A program made the translations under genes and the position numbers. From Amphiscolops sp. MND2022 (taxonomy: Eukaryota), in assembly GCA_964187785.1 (NCBI GenBank), contig OZ076409.1:56856001-56920000 (forward strand): a stretch of 64,000 bases of DNA, in the 5' to 3' direction. Of this stretch, positions 12,961 to 24,354 are shown piece after piece (position 1 is the first letter of the stretch; each line of letters opens with the position of its first letter). The notes under the pieces were generated by a model. That model worked only from the letters and a program-made list of their open reading frames with translations. It did no database searches and was not told the origin of the DNA.

Positions 12961-13974
12961 CAAAAAATCGTTGAAAAAGGCTCTAGCTTGGAGCTGGAGA
13001 CAATTATCAGCTACGGAAGGTAATTTCTCTGACTTGTGTGGCTGACAAATTGTGCTGTGTCATTTTGTACCCAGTACGATTGATAAAACTGAACTTGACT
13101 CTGTTCAGACACACGTTTTGAACAAAATTAAAATAAAAACAAAACACCAGAAAATCTATCATTGTAAATCTTCAATACTTCCGCTGTACAAGAGGCAGAT
13201 CCACAAAGCCTTCATTTTCCAACGGAAGGGGCCCAGTAGACCTTCCTGGGTGCAAACGAGGCAAATCCCACAGTTCAAAAAATTTGCCGGCCGGGGTCAT
13301 AAATTTTAGATTCTTCTGGGACTTCGAAATTTGATTCTGAATAGTTCAAGTCAGCACTTTTAAGTGCCTGCGACGCACTCTGGACTACATTTTTCCAAAC
13401 GAAAATCTCTAGGAGTTACCTTGAGCAGGGTTTTCGATATCCAAAAGAGACCCTGAGTGTTCCGACTTAGCCAAAATCACGAGATTTTGGGAGGAGCAAC
13501 TTCCTAGTGACGAAAAAGTTGACCGGATTGCCCGAGTGTGACACCTTTTTGAACACTCTGGTGCCTCATTTTGGTGTTATTCCGTTGTATCGAGTAGCAT
13601 CATCGCCGAATATTACGCCAAATTTGCAGAGAACTCTTTTGGGTAATTGCAAAATACACAAATCTCGTGAGGTTGAGAGGTCGACAAACCGCTCGACTGT
13701 CTGTTTGGTGCGCACTATCCAACTTGGCTGCAGCAATTTGCTCTAGAGCAAAATTTTCTAGTCCACTGAGCAGTGTGCAAAGTGTTGAGCAGTTTTCAGC
13801 ACGCTGTGATTGCTAGAAATTCTCTTGACTTTGACCCTGACACTGAACTTGGGTACACAGGTTGTTCTAGTGATGCAGTTCGGAACCTCTAAAGCTAAAA
13901 TTAAACATGGGAAAACCTCCGGCCGCCTCCGTTCCTTTTTAAAAGGTTGAAGGAGTGTCCGTGCAGCACAACCA

Positions 13975-15185
13975 ATGGATTTTCATGATGTTCAACCTCA
14001 AAATGAATCCCAAATGGTAGATGAACATGACCGATCGTCGAAGTTAGAGGATTTGAACTTGGAAGATTGGCCTTTGGAAGATAGTTTCAAACCTGTCTCC
14101 AATTCTCTAGACTCAATGCCATCCAACTCTCAGGATACCGAGCCGGAGAGGAGCATAAGGATTCCCAGTCCTAGTTCAGCATCGTCGTCTAAAAGATCTC
14201 TCTCCTTGAAGCCAGTATTCAGTTTTATCAGAAACAGGACCATTAATTAGAGGCCCTGGAGCAGCAGATGGATGAGATATCAGTCTTTTTGGCACAAAGC
14301 ACGCTTCGCAGGGAGAAATTGCTAGCGCGAGCGCTAGCACAAATGCAGTCGATAAATGCGGAAGTACAGATACACCTCAGAAATGCCGATATCAATATTT
14401 CAAACTGCGTCGAATCAGAACCATTGACACCGCCGACAAAAGACAGGGGGGTGGACCCAACACCTTTGGACACTACAACCGTAGGTTTTGCTGACACTTT
14501 GCCTGAATATCACGCTGGTGATAATGGGTTGCGCGAGCGCAACCTCTACTCAAGTGATACGAAGAGTGAACGAATATCAATTTCACCCTCTACTTCCTTA
14601 TCACAAGAATCTTTAAGCAACTCTCACTTCCCTGGAACAAAGTCCCTAATATCAACTACGAAGTTGCTACCGAATTCGCTGAAAGACTCCTTTGAGCCGC
14701 ATTCTGCTACACAGGAGCTACAGGATTTTATTCAGGTGGACCTGCCAGTCTTTATCAATTGGTTGCCTGGTGGTTCAGCTAAAACTCAACCAACTGGTCA
14801 TAGACGTGGTCGACCACCGTGCACAGACTGTGAGCACTCATGGCAAAAAGTTCTGTTGTCCCTTCATGATGGACGTCGCCGTGGCCGTCCACCACGCCAA
14901 GTTCTACCATGGTCACATCGACCGAAGGGACATAGGCGTGGCCGTCCTCCGAACAACTATTCCAGCCTTGAGACAGACCCAGTCTCCACAGTTTTCTTTA
15001 TTGGATTTCCTGATGCTTCATGCTTGTTGCATGTCCTGCTGCTATTGGATGGTGCTGTCTACCCAGTCCAAACAACACTCCATTTCTTTTCAAGGGGGGA
15101 TGAGGTGTCGTCAACGCTTAATTTTTCCCGCTGCATTTTTGTGTCAGGCATTCAATTTTGTCCATTTCTCACTATCCTCATGTGA
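13975..15185 (+). CDS. Ser-rich, coiled-coil protein with three AT-hook-like motifs, split by a 1-bp frameshift near 14247
   Basis: ORFs 13975-14250 and 14268-15185 join if one T is restored (aat tta gag gcc: RTINLEALEQQMDE); GHRRGRPP, GRRRGRPP and GHRRGRPP at 14796-14951. Confidence 0.55.
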
Positions 15186-16276
15186 AAGAAAGTGGCAAAC
15201 GATTAAGGCCCGGGGAGTCGACTAAGGCCCGTTGAGTTCAGTGGAGGATAACAGCACTTCCTTCAACCTCATTGTAAACTGACAACGCCCTGAGGATTTC
15301 ACTACCTTTGGTAAGGGACACTTGGCAGTGTGATGCCTTTTCAAGCAGCTATTTATCAATCTTGCCGCCAAAACCTTAGTTTTAGTCGTGTAAACGTCGT
15401 CATATTTTTGTTTCTCTGCCTCTTTGAGAAGTCTAACTCAAAATACTTCTATAAATGTAATAAGTAACCCAAAAATTCTACATGTATCTCTTCGCCCGAA
15501 AGGTGCGATTTTTGTTTTTTTTTCAAAGATTTCCAGTAGTTTCCTCCAAATTTCTGCGTGGTATCCAGAAAAAACGGGAGCTCGCGCGCTCCAGATATCA
15601 AAACTGCAGGATTTTGTCTCTTTTCGGCTACTTTACTCCAGTGCTTATGCTTATGAGCAGTTCGTAGTTTGCTTCTGATGGGTTCCTTGACAGATGCTAC
15701 TGAACTCTATACAGGTATGGAGCTTCACATCAGTGCGTGTTGCCCAAACCAAGCCGAACTGTAAAAAAAAGTATCGAAGAAACAGCCTGTTTTCCTTTTA
15801 AACAATGGTTTTTCCACTGAAAAAAATTTTTAGCGAAAAGAACTTTTAACTGTGCTGCAAACTGAAATTTTATTGCCGTGGAAAAGATGTTTTTCATGAG
15901 AACCACGTGCGTTTTGGAGCCTGAGCGCTCCGCAAAAGAAATTTTAGGCGTCCAAAGACAATGTGATAGCAAGATCCTACTCAAATTTGGTGCAGAAAAC
16001 TCGTGCTAAAAAAGTGGTGCTTTTTTGATTGATGTATGGAATCTTGGATTTGATCAATTTCAAGGTGCATTTTTGAGTACTGGTTCTCTAGCTCTCGAGC
16101 TAGCTCTGTTTAAACAGTTTCTGGACGATGCAGGTTCTCTGGATGGCAAGAAGCAAGACCTCAGGGTTGCCCAATCAGCAAAAGATGACAGTGCCACTGA
16201 ACCGTTGCAACATCACCAGTTTGATGTTGCGATGTATTCAATGCCAGCCTTTCAGCATGACAGGGACGTCATGCTT

Positions 16277-16292
16277 AAAGCCCGGGGAGTGA
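16277..16292 (+). promoter_or_regulatory. PPT-like tract of element B
   Basis: AAAGCCCGGGGAGTGA directly before the 3' LTR. Confidence 0.65.
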
Positions 16293-17077
16293 TGTAACGG
16301 CAAGCTGTGGTACAGCAATATCAACCGATTTTGCAACTTTGACATGTTCAGAAATTTTGTCAAAAATTCTAATCCGATGTGTGACGTGGCACTGAGCATG
16401 TGATTGCTCTTTTCGCTGTTTCCACGAAATTGGCAGGTACTTCGACAACAAAGAGCAAGAACGAGCAAAAACACGGGCGCGCCGCCATGACAGAAGCCAG
16501 AGACGGCAAGAACATCTGAAAATAGACTCTTTTTGATGTGCTAACCCCGGTTTTTATCGATTTTCAGCATTATGCTACCCTATGTAGCAGAAACCGGTAA
16601 AATGAGTCTTTTTGCTTAATTGTCCTTGTTTGGTGCTTGGAGCCCCTGCGCCCCAGCTTTTTAGCTGTGTGGTTTGCCATTCCGATGTGTGCTTTGATGT
16701 ATTTTTGCTGGATTTAGCCGTTTGAACTAGCGCTTGCGCTAGTTTGTGCAATATTTGATCTTATTCCCCATTTTAGATATTATTCCGATATAAGATGGAA
16801 AATGGAATTTTACACTGTTTATTCTTGGCATTGTTTTTAAAGGCTGTCTAAACGGTGGTCCCAGGCAAAGGGCCGGAGACGGATGCCCGTTATTCTCAGC
16901 AGTTACAGACTGGGACCAGGCCAGAAAGCGTCCTACAAGACGGTTCCCCCACCTTGGGACTGGCTCCTTCGGAGGGAAAATGAGCTAGGGCTGCGGAGAT
17001 CTAGGTCCCGGATCCTATTCGCTGTTCTAGTTCCTCCATTCTAAGTTGCGGTTCAAGCGCCAGCGCTTATCGTTACA
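16293..17077 (+). repeat. 3' LTR of element B (785 bp)
   Basis: Matches 8740-9523. Confidence 0.92.
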
Positions 17078-17408
17078 CATATTTTCATATATTTCTGCCT
17101 ACTCTTGAGAAGGTAATTAAGATACTGTCTGTTTTGGCTTCAGAGGAAAGTCATTTTTTTACAAATGGCGACCTTTTGTAATAATTTCATTAAGGGTCTA
17201 AGGAGAAGAATGATTTTTCAAAAAGAGCAGTAGTACTGTTTGAAACCACTTTGCCTTTGTTATTTTCCGACCCCACATTTTAAAAATGGGGGAGGAAAAT
17301 CATGACCTGTGACGCGTTTTTTTCCAAATTTTGCCAAATCTCCATAATCTCCACCTTTTGATTAATTGACTATTTTATATAGTTACTAGTAACTAAAATA
17401 GCATACAG

Positions 17409-17540
17409 CGGGAATAATATCTAAAGTCAAAAAAGGGAATACGATCTAAAATTTCAGGGCGGGAATAAGATCTAAAAGGAATAAGGTCTAAAATCACTAA
17501 ATTTTAGATATTATTCTTTAGATCCTATTCCTCCCTCCCA
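17409..17540. repeat. Short foldback-like repeat of GGAATAAGATCTAAA units
   Basis: Tandem units switch to their reverse complement (TTTAGATCTTATTCC) within the repeat; related inverted copies at about 26614-26806 and 38629-38782. Confidence 0.6.
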
Positions 17541-19779
17541 AAATAGCTATGGCTCAGTTGTTGAAGGCGAACAGGGCGGAAAATATCCCGTTGCTCAGCG
17601 GGCGTCATGTTTGCTCTACAATCTTCATAATTTTTTTGTTACTAGCGTAGACTGTACAACATGCAGCGCTTTTTTGAAGTCTTTTTTCTCCATGTTGAAA
17701 AGATTGACACTTGTTTCGCGTTTGAGGTCAAAAACGTTCGTTGGTGGATACCAGGGTTGATTGAATTTCAAGGGAAATTTTTAGTCAATTTCACGGAGGA
17801 AAACGTCAGAATCCACGCAAAACTTTACGGTACCTTGCAGAAAACACGCAATTGTCACGGATTCCTGCATATCTAGTTTTTCACGCACATGTCACGATTT
17901 TACACGCCATAGTTTTCTGCCATGTCTGGTGGACATTATGTCAACGCAGTAATTTAGGAAGCCGTTCGTATAAAGCCGATCTCTGGTTGAACGACGAAAT
18001 TAGCAAACTACCACCTTGACGTTCATTTTCTCTTACCGATTGCAAAGTTACATGATAGTTTCATCATTCAAACCTCACTGTCGGATGGAACGACCAATCA
18101 CAATTAAGAATTCGATTCGGTTTTGTTATAACTTTTTCTGCATTAATACCGTTCGGCTATACAGCCTACCACCAGTAATTTGCGCTATGTAAATGGAGGC
18201 GATCGGTCACACATAGCTGATGTTATTAACTGTCAAATTTGTAATTCATGTAATGTCTCACTAAGTCGCTTTTCATCGTTCGTTCCAAGGACACGACACT
18301 AGTCCAGTCTTCAAAGAAGAAGAAGAAGCTTTGTCGTTTTTTCTGCGGTTTGCTATTTGTCAAATTTTGCTGATGGCAAGATTTCATAGAACGAACCTCT
18401 TAGGTGACTGAAGTAAAAGTTCAATAATTACTTAAGACACAAAATTTTAGTTATGATTGTTTTTAAACAGTTTTTTTTTCCATTTACAGTCTTAAAGAGG
18501 AATCGTCTTAAAGTTTAAGAGAAGTTCAAGTTTTAAAGTGGAAGTTTATCATCTTTTTCTGGAGTGGTCGTTAGTTTTCCAATCGATTTTCTAATGAATC
18601 AATTGGAGACAGGCTCGCTTCCATGTCTGAATTTGACCTTGAAAAAAGCATGACGTCTGGAAAAAGTATTGTCTATTCACATCTTTTAAGTGCTTCATTT
18701 TGTTTCCCAGTTTGTTCACGAATTGTTCCCAAGTCTACTTGCGTCTCAATTATACAGGTGAATGCAAATCTCATCTCAAAGAAACGCCCAAAGCGAGTCA
18801 ACTGACAATTCCACAATTAATTGGATGGCCAAATAAAAGAGAACGCTTTCAATCAATTTGAACATTTTGAATGCGCAAGTAGGCTCAAATTAAATTGTTT
18901 CTTCAAGTCCATTGTTGTTTTCCTACAAGCAATTCACGTTGACAAGCAAATTGAGAGCTATGGCATTTTGACATTTTTTTCTCAATAAATAACACGTGAA
19001 GTTCTTTTTCCCCGCCATATTTCAAGTCCCCGGGAATTTAAGCCAATCATTTGGACCAGATGTGCTATGTTCTTGAACTTACAATAATAAAAATTGACAA
19101 TTGACACAGCCAAAAAGTGATGACTTATGAAATCGATCAACACTAAAACCTATCATGAAACGCTATCTTTTTGCATTTTCAAGATGTTTAGACTTGAATT
19201 ATCGAACAGAAGAGTTTGCAAAACATATAGGGTCATTTTTGTCTGATGTCAAATGGGAAACCAATTTTCTTCACTTCAAAGAAAACACCGAAAAAATTAG
19301 ATGACGGAAGAACCTTTCAGAAGAGAAAACTGTTTTTGTTACAATAGAAAAAGCGCCCGAAAACAAAAAAATTTTCTCCAGTTTTGACAACCTCTCGCGT
19401 TTTTCTTGAAAATTTTTCGTGGATATAATTTTTTACAAAGTTCCAACAAGAAAATTGTTTTGAAAAGAATCAACCCTGTTTTTTAAAACAACAAATTGCT
19501 CAAAAAAGACTAAAAGTGCCAAAATTTGCCAGCGCTCGACATTACAAATATGCTGTGAAATCTCTGCACGTTTTTGTGGCTATGTGGTGGAATGCTAAAA
19601 GAGCGGTTGTAACTTTGACAACCACCTGTCAACGAACGAAATGTTTCAGGAAACGACAAAAAACCATCATAAAGGTCAGAGAATCAACATTCAACTGCTA
19701 TATTCACACTCTCTTTTAGGACTAGCCTTTAACTATTACATGGTGCTGCGAAATGAAATGAAAACCAACCTGTGTTAGG

Positions 19780-21190
19780 AATACCAGTATTATGGCAAGA
19801 TCCTTCAACTGAAATCCAACATTCATGGAGCAGACGGATAGAATTATTCGAAGCAACACTCATGGCGAAATCTTCAATATCATTGGAAAAATTGACGAGA
19901 GGCGATACAGGAAAGCCCAGGAAAAAATAACTAATAAGCGGAGCAGAAGAAGACATAGCCCAGAAAAACAGAACAAAGCTGTCAGTTTTTTATACATAGC
20001 TATCGAAAACGCCACATGAAAAACGTTATTGGAACGGATGTCAAAGGTAGATATAAAAACGACAAACTTGGAAAACCTACTCCAAACATGCAACGAAGAT
20101 TTACAAACGAACAGGAAGAGGCTCATGGATTTTAACAAAATCCTAAGTAGCAAACAGAAAGCCCACGAAAGTCTTAAACAATTTTAGCACGCTCTAAACG
20201 GTCTGGCGGCAAATTGTGACTCTGGAACACAAACCACCGGGTTAGTTTACGACATTTTCGCACCTAAAATGAAGAACACTTTGGCCCAGGAAAGATTATT
20301 CACTGAGCCCAAAGACAACTCGGAGGAAGCCTTGAAGTTCTCCATACCCTATGAATAAGGTGCTCGACAGAAGAAATAACTTGTATATAAAACAACGAAC
20401 ATCAAAGAGAAGCCTGTTTTTGCTGAAGAGAAAAACAACGAAAGCTACAAGAGAGGGGAAAACCGTTCACCGTTCAAAAATAGATAGTAGAAAAGTACAA
20501 CTGAAACATGAAAGTGCGAAAAACGGAAAGGGACTGGCTTGGTAGTAGGAATCTCAGAAAACGGATAAACCGCAAAACAACAATATAACAGGATAGCGGA
20601 AAAATAAAACCAGGAAGTCTGAAGGACCTAATGTCCTACCTTGGGGCGGAAAATTAGCTATTAAAAGTTATACCATGTTCACCTCAAAAAAACATAACCC
20701 TTCAGAAATCTATCAAAGAAAGAAGGGCAAAGGGAGTGGAAGGGAAAACATATTTTGGTTTTTAACCAGGTACAAAAGAGCGTTCAGGAGATTATCAAAT
20801 TGTCGCGTTTTAAAACAAATTGCGGAATATTGTTTGCGATGCTGTCCACGAAAGACTAGGTGCCCTGTTAATACAAAAAAACGACATTCAAAACTGAGAC
20901 CCGATGTCGCGGCTGTCAGTATATCTCATTGATTACGAAAAAGAAGATTGCACAGATGAGCTTGAGTTACGCGCTATAGTTTAGAATATTTCCGAAAGTA
21001 CATTTACGGATTAAAACTTGTAGTGGTCTCGGACCATAAAGCCATGGAAACCGCCTTAAAAAGTAACTACAGGAATGAAACACACTCCCCAGAAGACTAG
21101 ATTGATCGATAGGCTTTTTCCGTTCGACATGGAAGTTGCTCAATGACCAGGCCGGACAATGCGATTAGCCATTATTTGTCCCGGCCTTCA
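19780..21190 (+). pseudogene. Degraded Ty3/Gypsy relic (gag and RNase H fragments)
   Basis: Manual translation gives gag-like ELFEATLMAKSSI and ESLKQF*HALNGLAANCD, and RNase H-like LELRAIV...VVSDHKAME...DRLFPFDMEV...PGRTM, with many stops and frameshifts. Confidence 0.7.
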
Positions 21191-22349
21191 AACCATTATA
21201 ACGTGAGCGAATCGTTGAAAAGTACGCACAAACGTTGGCAAAAGTGGTTTGTCGTTAATTCCGTGTAGGGCGTTAATAGAAACAACGATAACAACAAAAA
21301 CTACTCGCCAATTAGAGAATGAACAAATTGTTCATTCAGCCGGAAGAATTACAGGAAAATGAGCGATCGAAAGAAGGAAGTAAGAATGTAGAACGCATTG
21401 ACTGTGGAAACAAACACTCCAAAACGAGTCGAATACAAATTGGCCGTGAAAGAAACGCTACGTGTCAGTTACTCAGGTCCTCGAAAAACGTGAAAACTGA
21501 ACAATATGTTCATTCAAAAGATTCCCTAACAAAACCTTCTCACCTGCAATCGATTGTTACTTCCGTAGAAAAAAGTTCGAAATCAAACCACCCAACCGCT
21601 ACGGACTACAAGTCTTTTTTTGCGGATTAGAGAAGAAATCAGAAGGCTGAAGCCTACTAGAAACTAACTAGAGTTGAACTTTTAAAAACGTTTTTAAAAC
21701 TGTTGTAGTGGTTTCCATCAATACATTACCGCTGCCTTAAACTGTACAGTTTGTGCTCTGATTCATCTTAATACTTATCATTGTATTTTTACCATTCTCT
21801 TGGGAATTTCCCAACTGTACAGTTGCTGCCGGGAGACCGTGGTAGAATACTAAAACTGAAAGAGCAGTTGTCATTTTGACAAATACCTGCCAACGAACAA
21901 AGTATGTGAGAAAACGATCGAAGACCACCATCAAGGTCTTAATGAATTACTTTTCAGTTGCTAAATTCACACTCTCTTTTAACACTAGCTGTTAGTTTTT
22001 ACATGCTATGAATATCCACAACAAGACATTAACGTCTAAAGTTGCCGCTATACCTAAAGCTCAAAAACCGCAGTTGTTAGCATATTCCCAGGAGGTTTTC
22101 TTGAAAAACTCAGACAAAAGTTTCGAAACTCAAAAAGGGTGCAATTCGTGCTCGGAAAACGCTTCAAAAGCATGTGCCGTAAAGGAGCTGTCTTAGGTCT
22201 TTTTCCTTCTGGTTCGCGCAAATTGCAGTCTGACCATTTTGATGAAAAAGAACATATTAGGCCCTTTTTTGGTGTAGAAAGACTCCATAGAAGTTCTTTC
22301 AAATCGTAAAGTGTTTGAGAAAATCTAGTCAAACTTTTTTGATCAATTT

Positions 22350-22620
22350 TGGACTAACTTTGGCTTTGGTTCTCAGATACCAGTCATACGATTTTGATGC
22401 CAATGCACTTATAAGACTCTAATATGGTGTAGAATGACTGTAGAAAATTTCGTTCGAATGGTATGGAGAGTTTTTTAGAAAATCGAAAAAAGTTGAAAAA
22501 TGGCTGTTTCTTGGCCACTTTTGGCTAATTTTGGCTACGCTTCTCAGATCCCAGCCATACGATTTTGAAGGCAGTGCGCACATATGAGCTCGTTTGGGTA
22601 CAGAGCGACTACTGTGCAAA
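22350..22620. repeat. Diverged tandem repeat, about 170-bp period
   Basis: ttctcagataccagtcatacgattttgatgcca (about 22370) recurs as ttctcagatcccagccatacgattttgaaggca (about 22541). Confidence 0.55.
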
Positions 22621-22719
22621 TTTTTATGGAGATCGCATGGACAGTTTTTTTGAGAAATTCGAAATTTTCATTGGAAGGTCGGTAGAAAAACTTATTAGTG
22701 GAAACTATTGAGAAAACTC

Positions 22720-23130
22720 AATATCAAAAAAGTGAGAATTTTGAACATTCTCATAGTGCCAAAAAATGTAAAAGGGGAACCTTTGAGATTTTTCAACATC
22801 CGTTCTGTTGCGAAATATCAAAACAATTGAAGGGAACCCTTTGGAAACATTGAAGATGTTTGAAAAAAGAACGAAAAGCGAGAATTTTGAACAGTTTCAT
22901 AATGCCGAAAGATGCAAAAGGGGAACCTTTGGAATTTTTTATCATTCATTCTGTTGCAGAAATCAAAAAAATGAAGGGGACCTTTAGGAGACTCTTAAAA
23001 ATTTTTATTTAAAAAAGTCTCACAGTGCCGAAAAATTGCAGAGGCATTTAATCTCGTTCGGTTTTGTATGTTACGTTAACAAAGGAAAACATTAAAGGGA
23101 CCCTTTGCATTAACTTAGATGCGTTTCCGT
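22720..23130 (-). repeat. Internal fragment of the HINE-like repeat family
   Basis: Repeated gtgccgaaaa...aaaggggaaccttt units as in 28811-29430 and 56779-57468; termini absent. Confidence 0.6.
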
Positions 23131-24216
23131 TTTTTAAATTCTCTGCAGTCTTGTCTTTGCATGAACGAACATTTCTAGATCTTTCTTGTGTAACGTTTTG
23201 CAAACACTATCGTATTCATCAATGGGTTATTACAAGGTGTATATGAATTTGTTTCTGTTTTTGTTTTTTTTCTCTCTGTCGATGAAGATTGATTCAGAGA
23301 AGTTCTGAAACCTCTACTTATAATACTCTGCTGATATATACTTGTGCGAAAAACAAAAAAATTGTTATAACATTTTTTTTGTTTTTCGCACAAGTATACA
23401 ATGCTATAACACATTTTAACACGAGTATAACATGCATGCTATAACAAAGTAGACATATGTGTATTTGAATTAATCCTAATTTGAAAGTATTTTCTTTCTT
23501 AGTTACTGTTAATGATATCAAATATCTTGGATTTAAATAAATACCCTGGTTGAAACTTCTTGAACTTTTTGCATGTACTTTAATGTTGCCAGCAACTTTT
23601 ATTATGATTTTCTAAAACTTTTACGGAAACTTCAATGCGAAAATATTTACCTGTTGTATTCGACTTTTATCAAGCTGCTTGAAAGATTCATCAAAGTTTT
23701 GGCGGCAATTTTAGTCCTTGAAGTTTTGCAGGTTTCTTAAAGAAGCTGTTCTAATTTTAAAAGCAAATAAATCGCTCTTAGTTCAACAGCCATTTTAATG
23801 CAAAATAACTTCAGTCACGTAATAAACTGCAAAGTAGCGTCATGTTTAGCGTCCTATTTGAAAAGCGGTGATCACATCAGATGAGTTGTTGAGAAAACAA
23901 AGTGTAAATACAAAATGGTCGTGTCGGTGATGATGTTGTATTTATTTTCAAATTTAATTGCAGTAGTGGAAAATGCAGTGTAATTCTACAAGATTTACCG
24001 CCTGAAATGTCACTGAATTTTCTAGGTTTTATAAAAAATTACCCTGCATGCAGGCCTGCAGCATGTAAAAAGTTACTGCAGTCTCAACTAGGGTAGTTAA
24101 TAACCTTCAATGACTCTTGAATCGGGAAGCTTAATTAGTTAATTATTTATTTAAGAGCTCCATCATATATAAGCTTCTTTCACAGAAAGGGAAAAAACAA
24201 TTTCATATACTACTTG

Positions 24217-24354
24217 TACCTTCTGTTTGAAGCTCACGATAATAGATTAAAATAAGAACATGAAAGATCTCCGATGCAATTACACGTGTAATTGCATCGG
24301 AGATCTTTCATGTTATTATTTTAAACTATTATCGTGATCTTCAAACAGAAAGTA
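24217..24354. repeat. 138-bp loopless palindrome
   Basis: Centred on 24285/24286 (ACAC|GTGT); perfect over 24257-24314 and four mismatches over 69-bp arms. Confidence 0.95.

Larger units (their letters stand above)
8740..17077 (+). mobile_element. LTR element B, non-autonomous (LARD-like), apparent 3-bp TSD (CAT)
   Basis: LTRs 8740-9523 and 16293-17077 (TGTAAC...GTTACA, about 7 differences), PBS-like and PPT-like sites, 6.8-kb interior with no gag or pol motifs. Confidence 0.9.

Noticed and set aside
16025..16297. 90-aa ORF ending at the 3' LTR of B
   Set aside because: TTG start, short, no motif; not distinguishable from chance.
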